Notes: generated from the letters alone by a model not told the origin. Counted from the stretch's first letter, positions 9,003 to 19,768 are shown. The stretch is DNA of 64,000 nucleotides from Candidatus Limnocylindria bacterium (GCA_035493435.1 DATJII010000286.1:2463-66462), one strand, 5' to 3'. A program made the numbers and translations.

Positions 9003-9857
9003 ATGGGACTCCGGATTTACAAATTGCTTTTGGGCCTCTGTGCCGTGATCGGCGTGGAGTGTTCGTTGCGCGCGGCCACCAATGAGGTGTCGATCTTTCT
9101 GGATCGCAACCTGGAGAATGCCGTTCGCGACCAAGTGTTCGCCAAGCGGGGCACGAATTCGCCGCTTACCGCGATGGACGTGGCGACCGTGTCGACGGTT
9201 GTTGGGCGTGGCCGGGGGATAACCAATCTGACCGGGCTCGAACATTGCACCGCGCTCGCGTTGCTCGATCTTTCGGGGAACAAGATCACCGATCTTTCGC
9301 CCCTGGCAGATTTGAAGCAGTTGCAGTCAGCGACCTTTACCTCCAACCAGATTGGCGATGTTGGCCCGCTGGCGCGTATCAATGCTTTGCAGTATTTGGA
9401 GTTGTCTCACAACCAGGTAAAAGACACCGCGCCGTTGGCCACCCTGAGCCATCTTTCTTCGCTTTATTTGCAGGACAATCGACTTACCACCCTTGGACCA
9501 GTCACGAATCTAACGCGCCTGACGACGCTCTATGTGGACGGCAACAAGCTGAAATCGCTGGCTGGCCTCGAGAAGATTCCCCGGCTCGGAATGCTTTCGG
9601 CGGCGCACAATTCGATCGAAGATATCACGCCCGTGGCCGCCCTGACCGAACCGACCTTTCTGATCCTGGCCCACAATCGGATCAAGGACGTGGCCCCGCT
9701 ATATAAGGCGCTCACGAACGACTTGGCCGGAAATCAGCGTTTTGCGCCCTTCGTGCGCATCTACCTCCAGGAAAACCCGTTGAAACGCGCCGCCAAGAAG
9801 GATCTGGCTGACCTCGCCAAGCGTGGGGTGAAGATCGATCCTGATCCGATTCCGTAG
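9003..9857 (+). CDS. Secreted leucine-rich repeat protein (internalin-like LRR)
   Basis: Signal-like MGLRIYKLLLGLCAVIGVECSLRAA. This is followed by about 8 repeats of 22 aa with LxxLxLxxNxIxDxxPL. Confidence 0.8.
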   Translation: MGLRIYKLLLGLCAVIGVECSLRAATNEVSIFLDRNLENAVRDQVFAKRGTNSPLTAMDVATVSTVVGRGRGITNLTGLEHCTALALLDLSGNKITDLSPLADLKQLQSATFTSNQIGDVGPLARINALQYLELSHNQVKDTAPLATLSHLSSLYLQDNRLTTLGPVTNLTRLTTLYVDGNKLKSLAGLEKIPRLGMLSAAHNSIEDITPVAALTEPTFLILAHNRIKDVAPLYKALTNDLAGNQRFAPFVRIYLQENPLKRAAKKDLADLAKRGVKIDPDPIP

Positions 9858-9865
9858 TCTCTGGG

Positions 9866-10633
9866 CTATTCCCAGACTTGGATCGCCCCGCAGGAATGCA
9901 AGGTGGCGATCACATCCAGGCGGTCTGCCTCCAAGCAAAGGGGCACATCGGCCTTAAGGTCGTCCATGGACAACAACCGGCGTCCGTTGCTGCTCTCGCC
10001 AATGGTTTGGGCGAGCCGCTTGCGAGTAGCGCGATAAAGTTCCCGGACCATAACGGCTGAGTCGTCTGGCTTGCCAAGGGAACGATCCTCGTAATGGGGC
10101 CAGAGCCGATCCACCAAGGCCCCGGCCCCCAAGGCGTCTTCGAGCGCCGTTTGCTCGCCGGTACCGGAGCACACCAGGATGAGTTCTTCGGGAAGGGCAA
10201 AGGTTAGATGAGCTGCCATGGCCCCCAAGTTGGCAAACGAACCGATTAGGACCTTTCCCGCGTGGCGGCAGGCGGCCAGGGCTCGGGTGCCGTTGGTCGT
10301 GGTCATGATAATCTTCCGTCCGGCCACGCGTCTGGCGGTGAATTCGCGCGGCGAATTCCCCAAGTCAAAATCGACTCCTCCAGTTTGGTCTTTCCCAATT
10401 CGCAGGCCGTGTCGTTCTCCCGCCAGGAGTGCAGTGGGATGTTGGGTCTTAAGAGCGAGGGCATTGGGAATGTCTTCAGCGGGGAAAATGGCGTTCGCAC
10501 CGTTCGAAAGCGCTTCGAGCATGGTGGAGGTGGCGCGAAGCACATCGAAGACGACACAAGTCGCTTGATTGAGGCATCTCTGGCGTAACTCCGGAAAGGC
10601 CGGAGGGCCGAATGTTACCTCAATTTTTCGCAT
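9866..10633 (-). CDS. comB: 2-phosphosulfolactate phosphatase family protein
   Basis: VVFDVLRATSTM; LLAGERHG; DFDLGNSP; TTTNGTRA. These are characteristic ComB-family blocks. Confidence 0.8.
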   Translation of the reverse strand: MRKIEVTFGPPAFPELRQRCLNQATCVVFDVLRATSTMLEALSNGANAIFPAEDIPNALALKTQHPTALLAGERHGLRIGKDQTGGVDFDLGNSPREFTARRVAGRKIIMTTTNGTRALAACRHAGKVLIGSFANLGAMAAHLTFALPEELILVCSGTGEQTALEDALGAGALVDRLWPHYEDRSLGKPDDSAVMVRELYRATRKRLAQTIGESSNGRRLLSMDDLKADVPLCLEADRLDVIATLHSCGAIQVWE

Positions 10634-10723
10634 CGCCGTATTAGAGGGGAAAACGGCCGATTTGTCACGGCGGGAAGGTGGTTCTTGGCAAGAGCCTCAG
10701 TGGAGGAGACATCCAAACATGGT

Positions 10724-11335
10724 TCACGGATTTCCCAGTGTTTCCCATTTTGGTGAGTCAAACATCGATCCGTGGCCGGGCACAATGAACTGTGCTTCAC
10801 GGACCAGGAGTTCACGGCTCTGACGTTGGCGGTCGGGGTTCTTGGACCACGCTTCCCACGCCCGATCCAGCCAGTCGCCGTCATACTCAAAGACGTCACC
10901 GGCAATCGCGACGACTCCCAAGGGGGTTTCGACCAACACGGAGAGATCGTGATCGGTGTGGCCAGGGGTAGCGATCACCCGAATCCGGTCGCCGATGTGA
11001 TAGGGGCCTTGGCTAAAGTCGTGCAGCCAATATTCGTCGCCCACCGACACATCGGTATCCATCAGGAAGGTGGCCTGCGGGAATAGGCTGTTGTTGCCTA
11101 CGTGGTCGGAATGTCCATGAGTAAGGATCACGTGCCGAATATCGCCGGGCGCCAAGTGATGTTCCGCCAGTTTTGCCACGATCTCGGAGTTTTGTGAGGG
11201 CACGCCGGTGTCGACCAACACCGGTTCAGGGCCTTTGATCAAGGTCATCGTGCACGAGGCGCGAATCTTACCGGGCGAAGAGGCAGTGACGTAACCGGGT
11301 ATTAGGATGACAACCTCGATATCGGTGGAGCTCAT
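10724..11335 (-). CDS. MBL-fold metallo-hydrolase
   Basis: ILTHGHSDHVGN (HxHxDH) and TPGHTDHD. Start set at MSSTDIEVV because the longer ORF abuts the divergent gene. Confidence 0.8.
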   Translation of the reverse strand: MSSTDIEVVILIPGYVTASSPGKIRASCTMTLIKGPEPVLVDTGVPSQNSEIVAKLAEHHLAPGDIRHVILTHGHSDHVGNNSLFPQATFLMDTDVSVGDEYWLHDFSQGPYHIGDRIRVIATPGHTDHDLSVLVETPLGVVAIAGDVFEYDGDWLDRAWEAWSKNPDRQRQSRELLVREAQFIVPGHGSMFDSPKWETLGNP

Positions 11336-11451
11336 CGGAAGTAAAGAATCAGGGTGATCCGGCGGATAGGGCTGGCGCAATCATGATTCGCGAGACATCC
11401 CTTCTGTCTCGGGAAAAAAGACGTTTCATCGGGGTGCCTTTGGAACTTATG

Positions 11452-12864
11452 ATTCCGTCGGTGAAAAAAGCCCTCCGCATACTCTTACGCTCCCTCATTG
11501 TTTTGGCGGCGTTGTCGTTGGTGGTGCTTTTTTCCTGCTTGGATAGGGTGGATACACGGCCTTATTTCCGCGAACCGTACTACGGGGAAACAGTGGCGCG
11601 ATTGAAGACCATGATCGCGACGAATGGGGTGACGCGGGGCGAACTTTCGGCCGGTTTCGGACGGGCACGGCTTACGCCAACGGTGAATGTGGCTGCAGAT
11701 AATCCTGAGGAAGGGCAGTTCCGGTCGCTGCCTCTGGCTGGGTACGGTAATCGCGATGGCAAACCAGCCACTGGGGTCCATGACGATCTCTACGTCAAAG
11801 CTGTGGCCTTGAAAGTGGGAGATCGGATGGGAGTGATGCTGGGGGCGGACGCACTGATTATTCCTCCCGAAGTGGCAGCCATGGCGGCCCGGCAATTGCA
11901 AAAGGAACTGGGGCTAACCCGCGAGCAACTTTACCTAAGCGCGACCCATACTCATTCCAGCCTTGGCGGCTGGGGTGAAGGCATGGTGGCGGAAGCGTTT
12001 GCCGGGGGATATCAACCGGGTGCCCGAGTCTGGTTTGCCCATTGCCTCGTAGCTGCGGTGCGCGAAGCGATTGCCGATCTGAAGCCCGCTCAGTGGGGCC
12101 ACGGACGGTTTGTCGCGCCTGAATATATCCGGAATCGGGTGGTGGGGTCCTTGGGCGGGGTGGACCCTGAGTTTAGCTATGCGCTCCTCCGCCAGAGCGG
12201 CGGCAAACTCGCGGTGCTGGGGGCCTACGGCGCCCACGCCACCACCCTTTCGAGCGGGCAGATGGAATTCAGCGCCGACTACCCGGGATGTTGGCAGCGG
12301 GCGATTGAGAAAGAAACTGGCGGACTGGCCGTGTTCCTGGCTGGAGATGTCGCCAGCCAGTCGCCCGTGCCCGGCGAGAATGGTTATGCGGGGAGTGAAC
12401 GCATGGGCCAGGCCTTGGCCCGGGCGATCTTGGACCGGATTCCCCAGACGCCATTAACGAACACCGTCACCCTTGGAATGCTCGGGCTGGACGTGACCTT
12501 GCCACCTTTCAATGCTCGCCTGACCGACGATCTGCGGCTGCGGCCGTGGCTGGCCAAAAAGATCCTGCCGGCAGTCGGGCATAGTTTTCTCCAGGTGTTC
12601 CGGTTGGATAACTCGTTGTGGGTCTCGACTCCGTGCGACTTCAGCGGCGAATTGGCGCTGGGAATCAAGGACTCCTTTCGGGTCAGGGGAAACGATGTCA
12701 CAGTGACCAGCTTTAATGGCGACTATGTGGGCTACGTCATCCTGCCGCGCTATTATCACCTCGACGGCTACGAACCGCGCACCATGTCCTTCTTTGGTCC
12801 CTATGTGCCGGATTATTTCGACGAGTTGATCCGCAAGATGGCCACGAGCCTGGCGGCAAAATAG
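11452..12864 (+). CDS. Neutral/alkaline ceramidase N-terminal-domain-like hydrolase, membrane anchored
   Basis: N-terminal TM segment (LRSLIVLAALSLVVLF). LPLAGYGNR..., VMLGADALIIP and LYLSATHTHSSLGGW resemble the neutral ceramidase catalytic region. Confidence 0.6.
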   Translation: MPSVKKALRILLRSLIVLAALSLVVLFSCLDRVDTRPYFREPYYGETVARLKTMIATNGVTRGELSAGFGRARLTPTVNVAADNPEEGQFRSLPLAGYGNRDGKPATGVHDDLYVKAVALKVGDRMGVMLGADALIIPPEVAAMAARQLQKELGLTREQLYLSATHTHSSLGGWGEGMVAEAFAGGYQPGARVWFAHCLVAAVREAIADLKPAQWGHGRFVAPEYIRNRVVGSLGGVDPEFSYALLRQSGGKLAVLGAYGAHATTLSSGQMEFSADYPGCWQRAIEKETGGLAVFLAGDVASQSPVPGENGYAGSERMGQALARAILDRIPQTPLTNTVTLGMLGLDVTLPPFNARLTDDLRLRPWLAKKILPAVGHSFLQVFRLDNSLWVSTPCDFSGELALGIKDSFRVRGNDVTVTSFNGDYVGYVILPRYYHLDGYEPRTMSFFGPYVPDYFDELIRKMATSLAAK

Positions 12865-13003
12865 GGCGGCCCACCAGCGATGAGTGGCCAGGGCTTTGGA
12901 GCGTTGGGGGCAATACTCCCGTCTTTAGGGCCAAACGCCTGGCCAAAGCGGTGTCGCGCGTTGCTTGCCACCGCACTCCCAGACGCTGTCGCGTGGAATA
13001 TAT

Positions 13004-14371
13004 TTAATTAAGCCGGATGGGGTTGGCATAGACCCAGGGAACCCATTCGTCCAACACCTTTAGCTCTGCCTCCACGCGGTATTTGCCCGGGCCAACGGGT
13101 GTCCATAGGAGCGATCGCCCTTCAGCTTGGTGCACCTGCTGGCCGTCCTTGAGAACCGTGAACCGGCAGGGGATGGGCGCCGAGGCTTCTAATCGCGTTG
13201 CCGGGGTCAGGGATGCTGACTCGCCCATGGGTGTCACGGAGGTTCCGTCCCGGGCCAACCAGCGAAAACTGGAGCTGTCGGCAACCATGTCAAAGCCGAT
13301 AAACACCCGGCCCGCCCGCAAGGCGTCGAGCAACGCGGGTTCGCTCAGCTCCCTGGCCAGCACGTGGGTGTTCACGTAGCGGGCGGAACGTTCATAGGGA
13401 TCGAGTTGCACGTGAAACAGCTTTCGTCCCGGCTCCAAAGGACCCAGGGCGACCCTGGCCAACAGGCGGGTGAACCCATTCAACTTATACTCGGCCAGCG
13501 TCTTGGGGCTGGTATCCTCGATGCGAATCGTCCCGTTGGTCTGATAAAAAGCCCGAAAGCCCACGTTTTGATGGCAATCGTTTCCCGCGATGCCCGTGAT
13601 GTGGCGGGATTGGTTCAATTCATCCCAATGCCGGAGAAATTCCGTGGGACGCCGGAACATCAGGCGATAAATAGAATCGGGATGCGCCCGCAGGTTCACG
13701 ATCACCTCGGGAAGCAGGGCGCCAAGTCCGCCCGGGACCCTCTTGAAATCCGCGTGCAGATTATAGATTTCCATCCCGGTCAATTCCGACCGGGCCCAGT
13801 CACGGGGCTCTTCCGGATGCGCGTAGAATAACACCCCCCCGGCGTTGACGATCTGGCGGGCCAGTTCCGGTCCCGGAGTCTGATGGCTGACGATGGTTCC
13901 CGGGGCGCAGCCGAAGGGCATGAAGCCGTCGTTCATCTCAAATCCAGGCACGAATAACTTACCCTGGTGAAGTCCGCGCCATTGCCAGTTGAAGTCTCCC
14001 CGGCCATTGACGCAATGGTCGCTAAGGCAGATGAAATCCAGCCGCGCCACGTCCATTGCTTGCAAGATGCCTTCGAACGACATTTCGGAATCGTGCGAAA
14101 AGTGCGAATGGCTATGGAGGATTCCGCGATACTCATTCCAACCACCCTTGTCCGTCACCGGCTGTCGCATGGCCCGCAGGTTTTCCCAGGCAGTTTCCTG
14201 CCGGGGAAACTGTACCCAGCGATGGTAGAGCGCGTGCCGAAGCCAGATGAGGGTTAGTAAGATTACGACGCTCGCCAGGGTCGCGACCGCGATAAATATT
14301 CGACGCATCCATCTCCGCCACCGACGTTCGGGCAAAGCTTTGCTGGGTGAAGAGTTCGTAGATTCGTTCAT
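13004..14371 (-). CDS. Membrane-anchored PHP/CehA-like metallohydrolase (putative)
   Basis: TM helix (IFIAVATLASVVILLTLIWL) followed by YRGILHSHSHFSHDS (HxH PHP-like motif) and CLSDH. Start taken at MNESTNS. Confidence 0.5.
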   Translation of the reverse strand: MNESTNSSPSKALPERRWRRWMRRIFIAVATLASVVILLTLIWLRHALYHRWVQFPRQETAWENLRAMRQPVTDKGGWNEYRGILHSHSHFSHDSEMSFEGILQAMDVARLDFICLSDHCVNGRGDFNWQWRGLHQGKLFVPGFEMNDGFMPFGCAPGTIVSHQTPGPELARQIVNAGGVLFYAHPEEPRDWARSELTGMEIYNLHADFKRVPGGLGALLPEVIVNLRAHPDSIYRLMFRRPTEFLRHWDELNQSRHITGIAGNDCHQNVGFRAFYQTNGTIRIEDTSPKTLAEYKLNGFTRLLARVALGPLEPGRKLFHVQLDPYERSARYVNTHVLARELSEPALLDALRAGRVFIGFDMVADSSSFRWLARDGTSVTPMGESASLTPATRLEASAPIPCRFTVLKDGQQVHQAEGRSLLWTPVGPGKYRVEAELKVLDEWVPWVYANPIRLN

Positions 14372-14559
14372 GACGTCCGTGACAAAGCGAAAGGGCGTGT
14401 AGCGAAGGCTGTCATGGACGGCATCGAAGTGCGACCTCAAAGACATGGCGCTTCTAATGCTTCTCCAAATGGCCAGGTGGGTGCCAACGAATGCCGCAAA
14501 GGTCGCCGCATTCCACAACTGGAACTCCTGCTTGTCTGGAGGAACGGTGACGGGTAAGA

Positions 14560-16728
14560 ATGACTTCTCTGAATTTCAGCCGCCCCAAGGTTATCCGTGT
14601 ATTTATGCTCGCTGCCAGCCTGTTGCTGGCGAGCCTTTTGGTGACTTATTTTGTGGGGGAACATGCACTCGCGAGCCACCGCCGGATAGCAGCCATCCGT
14701 TCGCTCCTGTCCCACCTGGAGGTGTTCATTTCGACTCTTAAGGATGCGGAAACCGGACAGCGCGGATACCTATTGACGGGAGACGAACGTTTCCTGGAGC
14801 CCTATCGAAGATCCCTTGCGACGGCTCACGACGAAATGGCGACCTTGCGTGCTGCGGCTGCCTCCGGAGAGCTGCCTGCCGAGAGGGTGGATGCCATGGT
14901 CCAGCTTGCCGAAGAGAAGTTGGAGGAACTGGGGAAGACGGTCCAAATGCGACAGGATGGAGAAGGCGATCGCGCTCTGGCGCGGGTACGTTCCGGCTTT
15001 GGTCGTTTGGTGATGGACAAGATCCGAGTGGAAGTCGGGGGCTTGGCGACCGCTAAAGAAGCCGAGTTGAGGGCAGCACTCAACTACGCGGAAAGTGCGG
15101 TCACGATTCGCACGTTGACCTTCATCGGCACTTCCGTCCTGAATCTTGCCTTTCTCGGATGGGCCTGCCGTCGCATCACCCGCGAAATGGTGATTCGGGA
15201 GACCGCCGAGTTGGAAAACGTGCGCCAAAAGGAGTTGCTCGCGACTTCCCTGTCGAGCATTGGGGATGGGGTTATACTCACCGACGTTAACGGGGGTATT
15301 ACTTTCCTCAATCCCGAAGCCGAGCGACTCACGGGGTGGAAGTCTGCCGAGGCGTCCGGTAAGTACCTGCCCGAAGTCTTTCGCATCATCAATGAAACCA
15401 GTCGGGAAGCCGTCGAGAACCCGGTGGAAAAGGTCCTGCGCCTGGGCACCACCGTGGGGTTGGCGAATCATACCATCCTCATCTCTCGAGGTGGGGGAGA
15501 AACGGCCATTGACGATAGTGCGGCCCCGATTCGCCAACCGGGCGGCCCCTTGTTTGGAGTGGTGCTTGTGTTTCGGGATTTCACTGCCCAACGCAAGGCC
15601 GAAGAGGATCGCACCCGGCTGGCCGCCATCGTGGAGTTTTCGTCCGACGCCATTTTCTCCGAGAATCTGGAGGGAGTGATCCAGACCTGGAACGCCGGGG
15701 CGGAAAGGATGTTTGGCTATAGTGCGGCGGAAACCATCGGCAAATCCACGTCACTGTTGATTCCTGAGGAATGCCGGGTGGACGAGGCGCAATTGATGGA
15801 GAAGATCCGCACCGGTCAGCCTTTGATCCAATTCGAAACGGTCCGTCTCGCCAAGGGAAGTCGGCGAATCCCGGTGATGATCAATGTCTCGCCGCACCGG
15901 GACCACGACGGGCAGATTGTGGGGGCCTCGGAGATTCTCCATGATATCACAGAAATCCTGGCCGCCCGCCAGACCCTGGCCCGGGGAAAGGAAGAGCTGG
16001 AAGGACTCGTAGAGGAGCGGACCACCCGGCTGACGGAGATGGTAACGGAGCTGCAACAGCTTTCGTACGCCATCACGCACGATATGCGCGCCCCGCTGCG
16101 GGCCATGAGCATGTTTGCCCAATTGCTCATCGAAAAGTCCTTGAACGGAAATCGTCCGAAGGACGAGCTGAACTATTGTCGCCGTATCTTGACCGGTGCC
16201 AATCGCCTGGATTTGCTGATTCGCGACGCCTTGAACTACAGCCAAGCCGTGCTCCGCGAACTGCCTTTGGAACCGATCGACCTCTCGGGCTTGCTCCACG
16301 GCCTGATAGAAACCTATCCCAACCTTAACCCCGATGTTGCGGACATCACGATTGAAGGCCGAGTTCCGTGGGTTTTTGGCAACGAATCGCTCCTGACCGA
16401 GTGTTTTTCCAACTTGCTGGGCAACGCCGTCAAATTCGTCGCTCCGGGCGTGCGGCCCAAAGTGCGAGTGTGGGGTGAGGTCAGCGAGGAATGGGCTCGT
16501 ATCTGGATCCAGGACAACGGGATCGGCATTGATCCCAGGGCGCACCCCCGGCTTTTTGGCATGTTTCAAAAGCTCGAAAGCGGCTACGAAGGAACTGGCA
16601 TCGGACTCGCGATTGTGCGCAAGGTGGTGGAGCGTATGGGCGGCAAAGTCGGCGTTGAATCGGTGCCTGAACAGGGCAGTCGCTTTTGGGTTGAATTGCG
16701 GATCTGTCCAACAGATACGAGATCCTGA
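14560..16728 (+). CDS. Sensor histidine kinase (CHASE3 - TM - 2x PAS - HisKA - HATPase)
   Basis: CHASE3 signature L.DAETGQRGYLLTGDERFLEPY. PAS blocks GDGVILTD..G.ITFLNPEAERLTGW and SDAIFSENLEG.IQTWN.GAERMFGY. H-box ITHDMRAPL. N/G boxes LLGNAVKF and DNGIGI...GTGIGLAIV. Confidence 0.9.
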   Translation: MTSLNFSRPKVIRVFMLAASLLLASLLVTYFVGEHALASHRRIAAIRSLLSHLEVFISTLKDAETGQRGYLLTGDERFLEPYRRSLATAHDEMATLRAAAASGELPAERVDAMVQLAEEKLEELGKTVQMRQDGEGDRALARVRSGFGRLVMDKIRVEVGGLATAKEAELRAALNYAESAVTIRTLTFIGTSVLNLAFLGWACRRITREMVIRETAELENVRQKELLATSLSSIGDGVILTDVNGGITFLNPEAERLTGWKSAEASGKYLPEVFRIINETSREAVENPVEKVLRLGTTVGLANHTILISRGGGETAIDDSAAPIRQPGGPLFGVVLVFRDFTAQRKAEEDRTRLAAIVEFSSDAIFSENLEGVIQTWNAGAERMFGYSAAETIGKSTSLLIPEECRVDEAQLMEKIRTGQPLIQFETVRLAKGSRRIPVMINVSPHRDHDGQIVGASEILHDITEILAARQTLARGKEELEGLVEERTTRLTEMVTELQQLSYAITHDMRAPLRAMSMFAQLLIEKSLNGNRPKDELNYCRRILTGANRLDLLIRDALNYSQAVLRELPLEPIDLSGLLHGLIETYPNLNPDVADITIEGRVPWVFGNESLLTECFSNLLGNAVKFVAPGVRPKVRVWGEVSEEWARIWIQDNGIGIDPRAHPRLFGMFQKLESGYEGTGIGLAIVRKVVERMGGKVGVESVPEQGSRFWVELRICPTDTRS

Positions 16729-16757
16729 GCGAGCCGTTTCTAGTTTGATCCCACCCT

Positions 16758-17201
16758 ATGGAAGGCATGAAAGATACACCCGGACTTATTCTCGCCACGG
16801 AAGACGAGGAATCGGATCGGCTCATCATGGAACTGGTCTATGAAAGGACCGGTCTGCCCAATCGACTGGTGATCCTCAGCGATGGGCAGGAAGCGGTGAA
16901 TTACCTGCAAGGGAATGGGATTTATCATGATCGAACCCTGCATCCCTTGCCCGCCTTGCTGCTGCTGGATCTCAAGATGCCCCGCATGAATGGGTTCGAT
17001 GTCCTGGCGTGGCTTGCCACCCAGCCGCAGTTCAAGGATCTCCCGACCGTGATGTTCTCCGCCTCAGCCTACGACCAGGACATCCGCAAGGCACGAGAAC
17101 TGGGAGCGCGCGACTACTTTGTCAAGCCCTTGGAAATCCAGCAGTTCGTCCAGATACTCTGCGACTTGCATGCCCGGTGGCTGGCGGGTGGGGCGGCTTA
17201 G
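16758..17201 (+). CDS. Stand-alone response regulator receiver protein
   Basis: ILATEDEESD, LLLLDLKMPRMNGF (phospho-acceptor Asp) and FVKP (conserved Lys). Lies 30 nt downstream of the kinase. Confidence 0.85.
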   Translation: MEGMKDTPGLILATEDEESDRLIMELVYERTGLPNRLVILSDGQEAVNYLQGNGIYHDRTLHPLPALLLLDLKMPRMNGFDVLAWLATQPQFKDLPTVMFSASAYDQDIRKARELGARDYFVKPLEIQQFVQILCDLHARWLAGGAA

Positions 17202-17323
17202 CGGGCGGGCGGAGTGCCGCGCTCGCTGATTATTATATACCTTTTGCGATGTGCCGCACGAGGTGCTTCGTGAGGTTCTGGCGCCAATGATGTAAATAAT
17301 TATGTCCCAACCGGATGATGTCA

Positions 17324-19768
17324 TTATTTGGGGGGCGATCCGGCTTTCAGGGTGATCAGGAGCGGCGACTGGTTGCGGACGAGTTTTATCTCGTGGAGAT
17401 CCGGGGCCGCACGATCTTCCATGATGCTTTTCAATTCCAGCAAAGTACGGGTTGGGTGCCCGTCAACGGACTGGATTAAGTCCCCGGCATGGAGTCCCAT
17501 TCGGGCGGCATTTGAATCTTCGGATACCTTGAGCACTGCAATGCCACCTTCATCATGACTGACGCCGTAGGCGGAGAATTCCTCGCCTTCGAGGGATTTG
17601 ACAGTAGCGCCGAGCCATTGGTAGGTGGCGACGGTGCTCGATTCGGTGGGCGTCAGATCGATTCGGACTCGCACGGTGGGTAGTTTTGGGGATTTGGCCA
17701 GGGTCTTGAGTTCGGGTTTCTGGACGCCAAAATTGTCCATGGGAAAGTTTTGGAAGCCGATTCGCAGGGCGGGGGATTGCGAGCTGACCCGGTAGTCGCC
17801 GCGGGCGGGATCGAGGAATAGGGGATCCGCCACGATGGAATGGGTATCGCAGCCGTTGGGCTGGAATTGGCGCCGGTCGCGTTCACTGGTGGCGAAAAGG
17901 TTGTAATCCACAAGCTCGCCCCATTTCTCACTGCCGCCTGGCATGACAGCCGGTCGATAAGCCCCCATCCAGAGATTATTGGTAGCCACGTCGCCGCTGT
18001 TTTTGAGCCAGACGTGGGGGTGCAGGCTGTTGTTGACGGTGATATTGTTCCACACGTGCCGGCCGTAACCTTCCCGGAGTTTCAAGCCGCCATTCAGGAA
18101 GAGGTTATTATAGATCCGGTAGCGCGAGGAGCCGTCGTCCAGGTCCACATCCCACCCGTGGTCGCAACGCCAGCGGTTGTTTCGCAGGGTGATGGGCTTC
18201 AGGACATCGAGGAAGGGAAGGTTGGGCTCAGCCGCCATCTGTCGGTTCATCACCGCTGGGTCCGGATGCCAGTAACGGTCACGGCCCCAGGAATTGAAAC
18301 TGCCGTGGTCACCAGTTTCCTGGACGGTATCGAAGACGTCGCAGTATTCGATGACGTGGCCGCCCCAGCAGCCGTCGCCGATATTAATACCCGCCCGGGG
18401 GACGTCATAGATGGAGCAATGCCGGACGGTGATATCCCGCGCCATGGCGATCTCCACCCCGGCGGTCTGCTTTTCCACCCGGCCAATCCGGGTGATCAGG
18501 CACTCTTCCACCAGGCAGTCCGCGGGATACTCGTCGGATTGGGGACCAGGAGTACGGTCGACTTTGGCATAGTCGAAAGGCGCATCATAGTTGAGGAGCG
18601 GGCTGCGAACGGCACTGACCTTGCCCACGAAGGCGATGCCGTTGGCTCCGCTGTTTTCAATCCGGCAGCCCGCGATCGTGGTGCGGCGATTATAGCCACT
18701 GACGAAGATTGTATTGCCGCCAACCTGGTCGAAGCGGCAGTCGCGCACCTGGCAGTCTTCTGTGCCCACGAATAGCACTGCTCCGCCCCGGTAAGTCGTC
18801 CAATCGGAACGGAGCAGCGGTTCCTTGGTATCCATGAAGGTGCGGGCGGTGTGGCGAAAAGTGAAGCCTTGGAAGGAGAGAAATCGAACGGGGGCCGTTT
18901 GGCTGCCTTGGCATTCCACCAAATGCCGCAATCGAACGATTTCCACGATGGCATGTTTAAGGTCGACTCCCGGCCGAGGGTAATAATAGAGCACGCTGGC
19001 CGAGCGGTCGTGGAACCACTCGCCAGGGGCATCGAGTTCCTCAAAGATATTTTCGATCATGCGATACAAGGGGTGGATGGCCGAACCCCGGTTGTTCTGG
19101 GTGCCCCCTTCCATCGCGAGAGTGCCGTCCGGCTTCTTCCCGGTGATACGCCATTGCACGCCGCCCCACAGGGCAGGGTGGAGGGCATGGAAGTAGCCGC
19201 CCGCGGGATTTGACCACCGCGCCACCCGGGCCGGATTCAACGGATCGCGGCTGGGATCTGCTTTGCCATTGTGATCCAGCTTCCAAGTGTCGAACACGTT
19301 CAGTCCATCGCCTGATTCCCGATTGGGGAACCGGGCCATCCACTGGCGTTCGCCATTGATCCAGAGTTGGTCGATGTCCAAGCCCGCTGGCACCGCTGCC
19401 TGGAAGATTCCTGCTTGGTATGGTTTCCACTCGACCGTCAATCGAGTCCCTCCGCTGATCACGACTTCGCCGCCGGAATCGGCTTGGTAGGTCACGGGAT
19501 TTGCTTCGCTACCTGAATCCGCTGCCGTGAAAACCAAGGTCTTCGACAGGTAGTAGACTCCGGGCGCGACATGCACGGTCACTGGTTCTCGGCTGGCAAC
19601 TTTTTGGGCCGCCCGTTGGGCAGCTTCCAAGGTCGCAAACGGAGATGATTTCGTTCCGACGTTGGCGTCCTGGCCTTCCACGCCAACATACAGGTCGGCA
19701 GCCCTTGTTCCGAGGGCAGCCGCAAGCAGTGGCAAAATGAAACGCAGAGAAAATGGAAGGTTCATCAA
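17324..19768 (-). CDS. Secreted right-handed parallel beta-helix protein with C-terminal PDZ domain
   Basis: Signal peptide MMNLPFSLRFILPLLAAALGTRAA. Repeated GxxNxI/beta-helix turns (NTIFVSG, NGIAFVG, AGINIGDG). C-terminus GIAVLKVSEDSNAARMGLHAGDLIQSVDG is PDZ-like. Confidence 0.7.
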   Translation of the reverse strand: MMNLPFSLRFILPLLAAALGTRAADLYVGVEGQDANVGTKSSPFATLEAAQRAAQKVASREPVTVHVAPGVYYLSKTLVFTAADSGSEANPVTYQADSGGEVVISGGTRLTVEWKPYQAGIFQAAVPAGLDIDQLWINGERQWMARFPNRESGDGLNVFDTWKLDHNGKADPSRDPLNPARVARWSNPAGGYFHALHPALWGGVQWRITGKKPDGTLAMEGGTQNNRGSAIHPLYRMIENIFEELDAPGEWFHDRSASVLYYYPRPGVDLKHAIVEIVRLRHLVECQGSQTAPVRFLSFQGFTFRHTARTFMDTKEPLLRSDWTTYRGGAVLFVGTEDCQVRDCRFDQVGGNTIFVSGYNRRTTIAGCRIENSGANGIAFVGKVSAVRSPLLNYDAPFDYAKVDRTPGPQSDEYPADCLVEECLITRIGRVEKQTAGVEIAMARDITVRHCSIYDVPRAGINIGDGCWGGHVIEYCDVFDTVQETGDHGSFNSWGRDRYWHPDPAVMNRQMAAEPNLPFLDVLKPITLRNNRWRCDHGWDVDLDDGSSRYRIYNNLFLNGGLKLREGYGRHVWNNITVNNSLHPHVWLKNSGDVATNNLWMGAYRPAVMPGGSEKWGELVDYNLFATSERDRRQFQPNGCDTHSIVADPLFLDPARGDYRVSSQSPALRIGFQNFPMDNFGVQKPELKTLAKSPKLPTVRVRIDLTPTESSTVATYQWLGATVKSLEGEEFSAYGVSHDEGGIAVLKVSEDSNAARMGLHAGDLIQSVDGHPTRTLLELKSIMEDRAAPDLHEIKLVRNQSPLLITLKAGSPPK

